Assembly: GCA_002633005.1 (NCBI GenBank)
Contig: NMRA01000380.1
Span: 140,873-204,872, forward strand
Length of the DNA: 64,000 nt
From: Phoronis australis
Taxonomy: Eukaryota > Animalia > Phoronida
Reading direction: 5' to 3'
Shown here piece after piece: positions 48,661 to 61,120 of the stretch; position 1 is the first letter of the stretch, and each line of letters opens with the position of its first letter. The notes below the pieces were generated by a model that was given only the letters and a program-made list of their open reading frames with translations, did no database searches and was not told the DNA's origin. A program made the translations under genes and the position numbers.

Positions 48661-49381
48661 ATATTACAAGTTGCTTTTACGCAAACAACTTCCTCATTTT
48701 ACTTTCAAAACAACTTTGATATCTCAACCGAAACAACAGAACTGCGTCATTATGACGTTGTGAACCCAATCAATAATATCAATTAGGCCAGATTTACGTA
48801 ACTTTGTAAGTTATTAAGCACTTCTAAAGTTATTACTTGGTCTCTGTACTGGTCAATCCTAATGATCCTGAACTCCCAGGGAGCATACAAGGTGTGCAAA
48901 CTTTGTCAGACCACAAACACAAGCCCCACTTGGTTACCTGAATAGGAAACAAATCCAAAACCTGCAAAACTTTCGAAATAAAATATGAGTCCGCCTTTTT
49001 ATTCTAATTTATGTGTCCAAATCGCGTCAGTGGCAAAAACGTCATCACTAAACATCCGTGATAGCGAGGTGGTGGGAGTAGTCTCCTGCACAGACCCTCT
49101 AGATCGGTTGCAGACCGCTACAGTGCTCTTTTCTATCTGCATTCTTGGAATATCATAGCTGTTCCGATTTCATGAAACAAGGCATTCTATTGGTCAGTTG
49201 TACAATAGGTCAAACAAGTTCATCAACATGGCGACTTCCAGTGAAGGAATGTCAATGGACTTACATGTACACCTGTTTAAATCTCTCTGTTTCCATCAAA
49301 CTCCGGCATTTCAAAGCTAACGAGTCAAGGCATATATCACCAGTAACGTATATGAAATATTTAATGACAATTATGTTGTAT

Positions 49382-50068
49382 TGTCACGTTTTTCCCCGTG
49401 TGTGGGTGGGCACAGGTTGTTACAGACCGGTGCTAATAGCTTTAGGTGCGAAGATTGACTGAAGACTGGTTCGAGTTAATCCTTTATTAATCCCGACCGT
49501 ACGTTCACAAGCCTACTCAAACAAAACGTCCGACGTAATGTCTGTTCTATGCTCCAGCCAGTGCTGCGAAGCCTTGACTTGTGGTGAACTTCTGAGACAC
49601 GTTCAGCAACTGTTACACTCGATTCAATAACCTGCTGTCTCTATAGCTGGCTCGCTGTAACTGCTGATTCTCTTCACTGCAACTCAATTGTAATCTCCTG
49701 ATTAACTTTCTTGAACTGACTTGATCTCCTGACTTGATATTCTTGGACTCAACTGACTTAATCTCACTAACACAAACCCGTGCTTGTGTATTTATAGCCT
49801 AATGCATTGTTCTGGACCTTTTCATCAATTCAAGCACAAACCAGAACTTTCTGGAACCTACCCAATCATTCTACAAACATGTACTAGTCTCTAGAATATT
49901 CCAGACTTCATCAATCACTGTCATGCTAGAGTCTTCTAGAAAGTTCCACACTATTTTGTAGTAAACAAATTACATCATCACTGTACTTAACTCAGGGGTC
50001 ATGCCAATCGAACAGAATAACAAAACAAAACAATACAACTAAAAATACTGTCAGACCATATTCTGACA
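49382..50068 (-). mobile_element. Solo LTR (687 bp) of an LTR retrotransposon
   Basis: TGTCA...TGACA termini; perfect 5-bp TSD tgtat (49377-49381, 50069-50073); on the minus strand TATAAATA (~49790) precedes AATAAA (~49485). Confidence 0.85.
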
Positions 50069-50264
50069 TGTATACTATGCTGCATTCTGAAGTGTTGTGA
50101 ACTTTTTCGAAATATTTTGTGGAAAAATAGTCAGTAGGGCCAGTAGGCCACCAACGTCAACAGTCACTTCTTTTACGTATAGCACTGAATAGCCGGAAAA
50201 GAATAGCTGAGTGAGTCACGGTAATGGAAGTTTGTCTCGATCTTTTCAGAGCACACCCTCTCGN

Positions 50265-52740
50265 CATTCAGAAAGTACGATCAACTAAATTTTCAACACT
50301 CAATCTAGTTGACATAATTAAAGGACATTTGGTCAAGGGGATAAACTCAAAAACCATAGTTTTAGACCTTTCAAAAGCCTTTGACACAATAGACCACAAA
50401 ATCTTGCTTCGTAAACTTTCAGTTTACGGTATATCTGGAGTCGAGAATTTGCTCTTCAAAATTATTTAGCCATTCGACAGCAATATATTTGATTTTACAA
50501 TTCACCCTCCCAAAATTAACTATAACCACAAGTGTACCGCAAGGGTCTATTCTTGGTCCCCTCTTTTTTCTCAAATCCACTTCTCTTGAGAACCTTATAT
50601 ATGCTGATGATACCTGCCTTATATACACACCTTGGGCTAAAAAAAACAAGCAACAACGAAACTGAAATCAGTAATAAGCTGTCAGGCATATATAATCAAT
50701 AAATTGTCATTAAATGTCACCAAAACTAAGTACATGGTAATCCACTTCACTTAGAAAAACTTAGCTCAAAATTTAACATCTAAGTTTACTATAAACAGTC
50801 GAAACTTAACATTTGTTAAAGGAGAATGCCACCCAAAAATAACCTATTTATATCAATTTAGATAGAGTAGTTTCACTCGATAACAACAAATTCATTTCTT
50901 TTATCTGACACCTGACGGCAGAGGGAGGTGTTGAACCAATGACGTCACAAGCTCAAACGCAGACTGTTCATCAGTTCACAACACGCTTACTGGTGTCAAC
51001 TTATCGCTTGAAATCATCCTTTTACACCAATAAATCATCAAAATTCGATGTAAAACCCTTACAAACACATAGAGTTCTTGAACAGTCAAACCTGCTAGTT
51101 TATTTCGCTGTTCCGGATTTACAGGTATTTGAACGTACCGTAGCCTAGGCTACCAAGGTCGGTCGCGGAAAGTTGGGGTTCAGTGATAAATTCGTATTAT
51201 TCTTCCGTGAAATACATACAGGAGAACATAGCTGTGTGCTGTAATTTTAGACTTGTGATTTCTTCAGCTCTAAACACCCAAAAAGCTTAATTGTTATCTC
51301 AGCCAGTGGCTAGGCCCGTCGCGACCGGACTGAAGACATCACGAATATAAACTAGCCAAAGTTGGAAACTAAACTTCCAGTCACAAAAACTATACTGGTG
51401 AGCCAAAGAAATAATGTGCACCTGATTATTTTAATGAATTAGTCGCGAAACTGCAAATCTACTTGCTCGTCGGGGGCCGCGAAGTCAGGTTCTCCTTCTA
51501 CAGAACCGTCAGGGCAAAAGTGTACAGTAACAATGATTCGAATAATTTATAAGTATATCTAAATAAAGATTCCCCTAACATGTGACCATAGCAAATAAAA
51601 TCGAGTTATTGTTTCACAACAGCTTTTTGTCAGCAAACACTGAATTAGCTGCGCTCACACGGTCTCGGTGCCCAGTCAATTAGCTTTATTGCACCTTAAG
51701 TCGGTAATGCAGTGATTTATTCAATGCTGACCTCTCAAAGCATTTGCACTCACAAACACTAGGCATTACAAATTGTATCTAATGAGACAGACCTTGACAC
51801 TTTGTTTCAGTTTTAGATAAGCATTGGTTAGGGTGAGAATAATTCATTTTGAAACAGAACGCACAATTATAAACGTCAACATGGTAACTTGCAATTCCGA
51901 CACAGACGAGTGCTCATCTGTCTCTTTTTCTGCCCCGGCATGAGTTGTTTGGTGAGCCGACATTCGTCAGTAAAATCACTGTCGACCAAATGCCGGCCAC
52001 AGACACGGAGATGGTTCAAGGCCTCATGCTTAGTATTAACGGTGTACTTTTCAATCTTCACAGTCGCGAGCCACTTTTGAAGCATTTTGGGTTCTCGTGG
52101 AAATTGAAAAACGACATACCCGCTTTCCTCGCAACTTCATAGTTCGCACAAGTGGGAACGATACACCACATCATAGCGGTACTCAATCTGCAGAAGAACC
52201 ACTGACGTCGCTACGTCTTTTACTCACTTTTCTCGCAGGTTAATACGACACTTCTCGATGAGGTAAAATCGACCGTATACGAGGTGATGTGGATATAGAC
52301 CGACTAAAACGTTGAAAAAGACCAATTAAATCGGGTGGCATCCTCCTTTAAAGCGCTTATGTTTTGGTACTATCATTTGACGACTCTTTATCCTGGTCTT
52401 AACTTATTAATCTGGTGGGCACAAAAATGCACAAACATGTGGCGTACTCGCGAAACATCTGACTTTATTCACACTGACAACGATTTACTACTCCTTGATC
52501 CACACGCACTTAACTTTTATCATCACAATATGGGAATTTAAAAAGTCAGCAGATTACAGTTTCTTCAGAAACGAGCCTTACGAAAAATCACCAATTCACT
52601 ATATTTTGCGCATACAAATCCAATAAGCAAATTATTAAAAAATACCTCAGCTTGAAGTCACTCTTAATATATCCTGCCTGAAAATATATTACAAGTTGCT
52701 TTTACGCAAACAAGTTCCTCATTTTACTTTCAAAACAACT
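50265..52740 (+). pseudogene. Duplicate LINE RT pseudogene, interrupted by Kolobok copy 5
   Basis: DLSKAFDTIDHKILL, VPQGSILGP, YADDT before 50816; LQFLQKRALRKITNSLYFAHTNP after the insert (~52554-52622). Confidence 0.85.
50820..52347 (-). mobile_element. Non-autonomous Kolobok-type transposon, copy 5
   Basis: TTAA at 50816-50819 and 52348-52351; TIR aggagaatgccaccc / gggtggcatcctcct; THAP remnant KWL...LRVCGRHL. Confidence 0.9.
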
Positions 52741-53400
52741 TTGATATATCAGCCGAAACAACAGAACGGCGTCATTATGACGTTGTGAACCCAATCAATA
52801 ATATCAATTAGGCCAGATTTACGTAACTTTGTAAGTTATTAAGCACTTATAAAGTTATTACATGGTCTCTGTACTGGTCAATCCTAATGATCCTGAACTC
52901 CCTGGGAGCATAGAAGGTGTGCAAATTTTGTCAGACCACAAACACAAGCCCCACTTGGTTACCTGAATAGGAAACAAATCCAAAACCTGCAAAACTTTCG
53001 AAATAAAATGTGAGTCCGCATTTTTATTCTAATTTATGTGTCCAAATCGCGTCAGTGGCAAAAACGTCATCACTAAACATCCGTGATAGCGAGGTGGTGG
53101 GAGTAGTCCCCGGCACAGACCCACTAGATCGGTTGCAGTCCGCTACAGTGCTCTTTTCTATCTGCATTCTTGGAATATCATAGTTGTTCCGATTTCATGA
53201 AACAAGGCATTCTATTGGTCAGTTGTACAATAGGTCAAACTAGTTCATCAACATGGCGACTTCCAGTGAAGGAATGTCAATGGACTTACACCTGTTTAAA
53301 TCTCTCTGTTTCCATCAAACTCCGGCATTTCAAAGCTAACGAGTCAAGGCATATATCACCAGTAACGTATATGAAATATTTAATGACAATTATGTTGTAT

Positions 53401-54087
53401 TGTCACGTTTTTCCCCGTGTGTGGGTGGGCACAGGTTGTTACAGACCGGTGCTAATAGCTTTAGGTGCGAAGATTGACTGAAGACTGGTTCGAGTTAATC
53501 CTTTATTAATCCCGACCGTACGTTCACAAGCCTACTCAAACAAAACGTCCGACGTAATGTCTGTTCTATGCTCCAGCCAGTGCTGCGAAGCCTTGACTTG
53601 TGGTGAACTTCTGAGACACGTTCAGCAACTGTTACACTCGATTCAATAACCTGCTGTCTCTATAGCTGGCTCGCTGTAACTGCTGATTCTCTTCACTGCA
53701 ACTCAATTGTAATCTCCTGATTAACTTTCTTGAACTGACTTGATCTCCTGACTTGATATTCTTGGACTCAACTGACTTAATCTCACTAACACAAACCCGT
53801 GCTTGTGTATTTATAGCCTAATGCATTGTTCTGGACCTTTTCATCAATTCAAGCACAAACCAGAACTTTCTGGAACCTACCCAATCATTCTACAAACATG
53901 TACTAGTCTCTAGAATATTCCAGACTTCATCAATCACTGTCATGCTAGAGTCTTCTAGAAAGTTCCACACTATTTTGTAGTAAACAAATTACATCATCAC
54001 TGTACTTAACTCAGGGGTCATGCCAATCGAACAGAATAACAAAACAAAACAATACAACTAAAAATACTGTCAGACCATATTCTGACA
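53401..54087 (-). mobile_element. Solo LTR, duplicate of 49382-50068
   Basis: Same termini and same tgtat TSD (53396-53400, 54088-54092). Confidence 0.85.
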
Positions 54088-54324
54088 TGTATACTATGCT
54101 GCATTCTGAAGTGTTGTGAACTTTTTCGAAATATTTTGTGGAAAAATAGTCAGTAGGGCCAGTAGGCCACCAACGTCAACAGTCACTTCTTTTACGTATA
54201 GCACTGAATAGCCGGAAAAGAATAGCTGAGTGAGTCACGGTAATGGAAGTTTGTCTCGATCTTTTCAGAGCACACCCTCTCGTATGTTAACATTTTCGTG
54301 TACGTTATATAAGCTGTACTGAAA

Positions 54325-54396
54325 ATCACCTACCTCAAGTTTCGAAACCTGTACCTCTTGCGTCAATGACAGTCGTCTTAACCAGACGACCAAAGA
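54325..54396 (-). mobile_element. Degenerate tRNA-derived SINE head
   Basis: Minus strand TGGTCGTCTGG (A-box-like) ... GTTTCGAAAC (B-box-like). Confidence 0.35.
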
Positions 54397-55052
54397 GCAA
54401 CTGCACGTAGGCCAGTGATTAAGAGATTTCTTTATTTTACTACACCCACTGCAGATTCACCACAAACCTCCAGTAAATACTGTGAAGGTTGAACTAGTGG
54501 GTTAGAAAAGGATATATTATAAAATACTGCAATTCGTTGTCATAATTCACCGGCAAACTTGTCACTAGTACTACAGTCAATGGTCCTAAACAAACATTAA
54601 CCAGTCTAGCAATAGTATGACACACCGCATCGCATATGACGGTGATATTCAGCAGTGTCTTTGACTGCCATTGTACAGTTGTAGGGATTATTCATTTATT
54701 TCGAAGGATGTTTGTTGCTGTGAAATTAGGATTATACTCACTCTTTTGTATAACCAGCAAGATAAAACCTCACACTTTTTGAGTTGGCACAGTCATTAAA
54801 ACTGGCCCATTTTGGCGAGAGTCTCTATGGAAGAGTCAACTTTTTCGGTAACATAATTGTGAAACGTTATTATTTACAGCTAATTAAATTTCAGCAAAAA
54901 GCTTTCCGGGCTGTATTCATTTTAATATAACAAGCCTCAATTGTATATGAAATCTTCAGTGGTTTTGGTACAAAAATGGATCATTTTATACAGTTGCAAT
55001 GCCTGAGTCACTGGTCAGAGTGGCACATTTAGTCATTTGACATCTATGTAAG

Positions 55053-55055
<3 letters not shown>

Positions 55056-55104
<49 letters not shown>

Positions 55105-55244
55105 NNNNNNNNNNNNNNNNNNNNNNNNNNNNNNNNNNNNNNNNNNNNNNNNNNNNNNNNNNNNNNNNNNNNNNNNNNNNNNNNNNNNNNNNNNNNNNNN
55201 NNNNNNNNNNNNNNNNNNNNNNNNNNNNNNNNNNNNNNNNNNNN
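55056..55244. repeat. (CT)n microsatellite running into an assembly gap (N 55105-55244)
   Basis: Direct. Confidence 0.95.
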
Positions 55245-55989
55245 CTCCCTCCCTCCCTCCCTCTCTCCTGGACCTTGACTCGTCGACATTCGTTTTTTTT
55301 TTACTTCAGGCGTTCATATGATGTCAAGTGTTGCAGTTTGCAACAATCATCTGGTAACTTCAGTCTAATTGCATTCTAAAACATTATGAAACTACTACTT
55401 GTATTGAGACGTGTCCTCGTGGCAAGAGTTGGACAGTGGGAAATGCTTAAGAACATTTGCATTGGCAAACATCCTAGCGTTGACTTGAAATTTAAAAGCA
55501 TGACATCATTGATGTGTTTCTAGAAATATTACACTCATAGGCTACAAAACACAATATGGCAAGAAATTTGTCTGACCATTGGGATCTTTATTTTGCTGAT
55601 GTATTGGTTAGAAATATGGTTTAGTTTGGGGATAGGCTGAAGTATTAGGGCTGGGCATTAACGTAGACGTGGGGCGCACAACAGGGCTACACCCTCCTCA
55701 TTGCAGCCCCTCCCCTGATAGAAACTCATTTCAGTTTTGTGCTAGCCTAGCTCCCCTCTCCCTGTCCCTTGTTCATGCAGTGCTACCAAGTTGCCTCTCA
55801 TTTCAGTCACAATCAACAATTTCCCGTTTAGCAACCTCTGTTGAATAATTCTGGCTACGCCATTGGTGTTGGGAAAAATAGGTTATTAAAGACCCGACTG
55901 CCACTCAAGGTGGACATACATTGCCATTATGAAAGTAACACCTGGGCCCTGGGTTTCATCTTTTTGCTCAAGATTATTTTTGTCATTTC

Positions 55990-57700
55990 CTATTCTACTT
56001 TTGTTTGAACTCAAGATAAGTATCTTTTATTCTATATTTCAGTGCTTATTGATGGCACTTAATGATCCCAGCATTAGAGTTAAAAGCTCGAATCTAGCGC
56101 TCATCAAGTACGATCTTGAACTCGCGAGAAAGTGAACTGGAAATGACAAAAACAATTTCCAGTTCGATTTGGATTGAATGCTTCAATCTAGAGGTGTATT
56201 CTCAAAACATAATCCTTTTTCAAGACTGGACTGGAATCTGTTTGAGCCAAAAAGCGTTTAAATACAATGTGGAAAATATGAAAATATCTGTACAAAACTG
56301 CTTTGAAAAATGAACCCTTTTTAAGTTCCCTTATCCATAAATTGAACCATTTTTTCAAGCTGCTATTAAACCAACCTCTCTTTAGAACCGTCATATAAGA
56401 ATATAAGATTAGTCTCGTACTAACAATGTTGTTTTTTGGCCAAAATAGTAACAAACGTTTAATCACATGCGCTCACTTGAAGATTGGCTTATCCAGATGC
56501 AGGATTTGGATACTAGTTCCGGTGTCAATCTTCACGTGTGTGCTCGTGATTAGACTCTTATCTCGTACTGTTCCTTATTTAGATTACATGTGGTATATTG
56601 GCTTCGGTTGAACTGATAGTTTGTTATTGCTTAAGACCTAATTCAATAACCTGGCTTGACCAAAGTGAACCTAACATGGCTTTGAGTTCTCCCAAGTCCA
56701 CTAAGGAACAAGTTGAGACTGGGATATAAACAAGGTTTGGAATTTTCTTCTTTTAAGAGGATTTAATTTTTTGTTTTGATTTCCTCTTATTTGATTTTCA
56801 GCTTATTCTCTTTTATCATTATTTTGAATTGATTCATGTAAAAACATTTATTTCAATTATTGTTTTCAAAACAAATGATATTTTCTATCACTCAAGCCTG
56901 TTTGTGAAAATGTACATCACCTGGAAAATTTTCCTCTTTTTGTCATCAGTCATTCCAATCCCTGTATATAGTGGTAAGTTGTTTAGATCAAAATGTATTC
57001 TTTTTCACACAAAATGGATTCATAACAGCTTTAAGGAATTCAATTCGAAGAGAATCTGGAAGCCAGAGGACACCATTTGAGAAGCACATTCTGAAATCAA
57101 CAATTGTGTTTACACTCTCCAAGATGTTCAACCTATATTGTTAAGGATAGGGATGGGGATAGGGTTCATTTCACACTCCTTGGGCTTTCAGAGTACCCTC
57201 ACAAAACCCTTCCAAGGGGGTACTCCCACAGGTTTATGCAGGATATGGCACTTAGCAGGGTAATTTTTTTCAAACAATTTCTCTTCAAAATGGTGCTTGA
57301 AAAATCCCTACCAAGGCAAACGTTTCTCATGAATACAACATGTTTCACTTTGAGAATTAAAAACACTGCAAATGGTAGCTTTTTCCTGCTGCAGAGGGAG
57401 TTTCAATATGATATCTGTGTTTTTAAAACTGTGGTAACAGGAATCTCTGACCCGTTGTTCAAGAATTACTAGAAAGAATAAAGTTGGTAGCATTAATCCT
57501 TATAAAAAGATTGTACATTTGGAACATTAGGCTATATTCTCATTGAACTCCAAACCTCGGACCACAAGCCTTTGTTAGTTTGAGTCCCAACTAATATTTT
57601 TTAGACACTATTTAGCTAGGTGGAGATTTTTCTATAACTAGATTATGCATAAAACTAAAGCTTAGGGCCCATTTGGGACACCTTTCGGGTATTTTAGCCT
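55990..57700 (-). pseudogene. Very decayed L1/Tx1-like LINE ORF2 remnant
   Basis: A-rich minus strand with faint ordered motifs KGVPNGALS (GVxQGxPLS-like), GLKL, IYRDW and HIF..C....FW; many stops. Confidence 0.35.
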
Positions 57701-58965
57701 TGTAACATCTAGAGCACCTCGCCTATTTTCCTATTTACAAATTTTTCTTCGAATCACTTTGGGTATTTTCGAAGCCTCAAACATCCTCTCGGAGATGAAC
57801 GTTATCCAAAATATGGCAAGTCACATGATTTTCAGTCTTGAGAATAGTAGAATAACTGAAGTCCGCACACGCGCAGGTAGCGTTCACCTATTAGGTGACA
57901 TTTGAGGTTATGAAAACACCCGAGGTGTTCTGGATGCCTTTGGAGGTAAATGCTTTCATTCCATGCTCGAACTTTGGTGTAACAGACGTTTTTAATAGCT
58001 CACTCGCCAGTTTCTAGTTAGACAATGTGACGTCACCGGAAGCAGGGCAAAACCCGCCATATTGCTCTTGTTTTGCCCCGACTCAGCTACACACGCTAAA
58101 TCTTACTGGAGTTCGTATGGTGAATGTTACGCTTAAAACGTTAATACTTAAAAGATCGTAGATGGATCGTGGAATAACTGTAAATGGACGAAGGAAATGT
58201 GAACTTGTTATGTTGTGCGAAGCTGTGAACGGACTGACATTGGAACTCACCCTGGTCTAGACCTGAATGCCGCAGGCATACCGGGGCGATAGTATATCCC
58301 CATAAAAAGTTACTCACTTCAAAATACAGCAAATAAAATCAAATGAAACATGCATATGTGCACATGGAGTTATAATTAACACATACCCTGACTCTAGATA
58401 GAACTTAGTCTACAAATAACTTGAACATATCCATGAAAACCTCGCGGTTCGCTCGAGTTTCTCTCACCGGGCGCCATTTTGAGGAAGTTACGTGAAATCA
58501 CGCCTGTTGACGAACAAAAAGTCCAAGGGACACAAATCTTACAAATTTCACTTGATATTTCTCATGCTATTTTGCAAGTGTCACGGGCCAGGTCACGCGC
58601 GTCGCTCAGCCTCGCGCTTGCCTTTGCCTCATACTTACCTGACTCAGTTGAAATACTTTGTGGTTATCGCGCGCGCGGCTAAAGTTTACAGTAACCACAA
58701 AGTGGAGTTGGAATTCTTCACCAAAGTCACCTGAATTCCCGTAGCTATGCTTCATCGAAAATATGTTTAGAAGCAAAAAGAATCACTGAAGAAAGTAAGT
58801 GCCTTAATAGGTAATAATTTTAGATGTAGAATGTATTTTTGACGAGGTGAAAACTTAATCAGTGAGCGGATTTCGCCTACTGCCCGTTTAAAATACACGG
58901 GAAGAAATTAGTACAAAACGCGATAGAACGTATTGTACTGCGAATAACTAGGCGTTTCTTAAAAG

Positions 58966-59350
58966 GTCACGACCTCCGACCTCAGAAAGTAGTTAGAAAA
59001 GCCGAGGAGAGTCGAGAAAGGTAGATCGGTTCATTGAAGTGTTTATCGTTCAGTGTGTGGTATAAAGAGATTATTACATGTTCTTAGTTGCTAACCCCTT
59101 ATCTAGAGCCCTCGTCGATCAGCTCCAGCTCTAGATTACGGGGGATAGCAGGAGCGGATCCAGGATTTTGAGTTATGGGGGCCAGGGCAGAATATTAGCC
59201 AGGATTTTGCTCGTCAGACATTCGCACTCCCGAACTGCCAAATGGAATTTGGGAGGATTTTAGGGGGAGACCATGGCCCCCTTGACCCCCCCCCCCCTCC
59301 TCAAAATCCGCCACTGGATAACGACTTCGCCATCTAATAATCTATATATA
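58966..59350. mobile_element. Second copy of the palindrome-ended repeat, with the hairpin centre deleted and a MITE (59149-59316) inserted in one arm
   Basis: Aligns to 13102-13370. Confidence 0.7.
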
Positions 59351-59578
59351 TTTTAAATGAGAACACATGATTTTGTCTAGATTTTACCGACGTCCTAGCG
59401 TAAGTCCTAGCGTTACTGAACGCCTGCCAGGTTTGCAGTGTCCTGGCGGTTCATATTTTATGTCAGAATCCGGATGAAGTAAAAAGGTTCTGGATTTTTG
59501 AGAGGTGACGTGCCAGCGGCGCAGTGGGTAAGTCGAGGCTTGCAAAATGAGAGTCTTTTCCAAACTGAAGCACCTTAA

Positions 59579-61120
59579 AGGAAAATGTAACCCGATTTAA
59601 TTAGTCCTTTTTGCCGTCTTAATCGGTCTATATCCATATCGCCTCTTATACGGTCGACCTCACCTTGTCGAGAGGTGTCGCTTTAACCAGTGATGAAGGT
59701 GAGAAGCGACACAGCGACGTCAGTGGTTCGTCTGCAGAACGAATGCCGCTATATTGCGGTACATCGGTTCCCGCTTGTCCGAACTATGAAGCTTCGAAGA
59801 AAGCGGGTATATCGTTTTTTTCGACTTCCTCGAGAGCTTGAAATGCTTAGGACGTGGCTCGCGATAGTGAAGAATGAAAGGTGTGCTGTTAATAGCTAGT
59901 ATGAGGCCGTGAAACATCTCCGTGTCTGTGGCCGGCATTTCGTCGACAGTGATTCCTCTGACGAATTCTGGCGTACCAAAGAACTATCCATACGTTCCGT
60001 TGCCTGTGCATGTTCACGGCGCCTCTCTAGTATTTTTGATCTGTGTATTCCGGTTCGAACTCATAGCTTTGAAACCTAACGACCCAACCCGTTAAGTCTT
60101 CGTCGGATACACTCTGGTCATGTAGACGTTTATTATTCTGCGTTGTGTTTCAAAATGAATTTTTCTCATCCTAAAATGGTCCTAACCAATGCTTATATGA
60201 AACTGAAACAAAGTCTGTCTCTTTAGATACAATGTGTAATGCCTTGGAGTGCTCGTGGGTGCAAATGTTTTGAGAAGCCAGCAATGAATAAAGCACTGCG
60301 TTAGGCTACCGGCTTTTGATGCCGGCATTGAAAGGTAATTGACCGGGCACCGAGGCCGTGTGAGCGCATGCTAATTCAGTGTTTGCTGACAGAAAGCTGT
60401 TGTGAAACAATTACTCGATTTTATATGCTATTGTCACATGTTAGGGGAATCTTTATTTAGCAATACAAATACATTATTCAAATTATTGTTACTGTACAAC
60501 CTTTGCTCTGACGGTCTGTGGAAGGGGAACTTCGCGGCCCCCGACAAGTAAGTATATTTTCAGCTCCTTGGCTAATTCACATAAATAATTAAGTGCACAT
60601 TATTTCATTAGCTCCCTATTATAGTCTTTTGGTGACTGGAGGTTTAGTTTCCAACTCAAGCTGGTTTATGTTCGTGCCAGTCCCGGCGGCCGCGAAGGGC
60701 CTCATCGGGTTCCGAGCCACTGTCCGGGATAACAAGCGTTTTGTGTGTTTAGAACTCAAAGAAATCACAAGTATAAACAACACAGATCTAGGTTCTTTTG
60801 TCTGTATTTCACGGAAGAATACTTCGAATTTATCTCCGAACAGACCCCAAACTCCTGCCACGTCATTACCCTTGTTAAATTGGCCTGCCGAACTTTGTAG
60901 GCTATGTTGTGTCCAAATACCAATAAATCCGTAACAGCGAAATAAAACAACACGTTTTTATAAGAACTTGGTGTATTTTAAAGGGTTTTACATCGAAGTT
61001 TGATGATTTATTGGTGTTAAACGATGAATTCAAGCGATAAGCTGACTCCACTAACCCGTATTGTGAACTGCTGAACAGACTGCGTGTGAAACCAATTACG
61101 TCATTGGATAATTTCAACAC
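59579..61120 (+). mobile_element. Non-autonomous Kolobok-type transposon, copy 6 (right end lost)
   Basis: ttaa|aggaaaatgtaaccc; THAP remnant VPACPN...RLP...TWL...LRVCGRHF; homology stops ~110 bp short of the right TIR, where another repeat begins. Confidence 0.88.

Larger units (their letters stand above)
47718..54282. repeat. Tandem duplication 47718-50263 / 50265-54282 joined by a single N
   Basis: Both units start cattcagaaagtacgatc and end gcacaccctctcg; unit 1 lacks ~1.43 kb (51260-52685 of unit 2). Confidence 0.92.

Noticed and set aside
49145-49462. Duplicated 105/103-aa ORF as a gene pair
   Set aside because: Spans an LTR boundary, starts at TTG and has no recognisable domain; similarity only reflects the duplication
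49382-54087. Full-length LTR retrotransposon bounded by two identical LTRs
   Set aside because: Each LTR has its own tgtat TSD and identical flanks, and the interior is LINE/Kolobok DNA rather than gag-pol; it is a duplicated solo LTR
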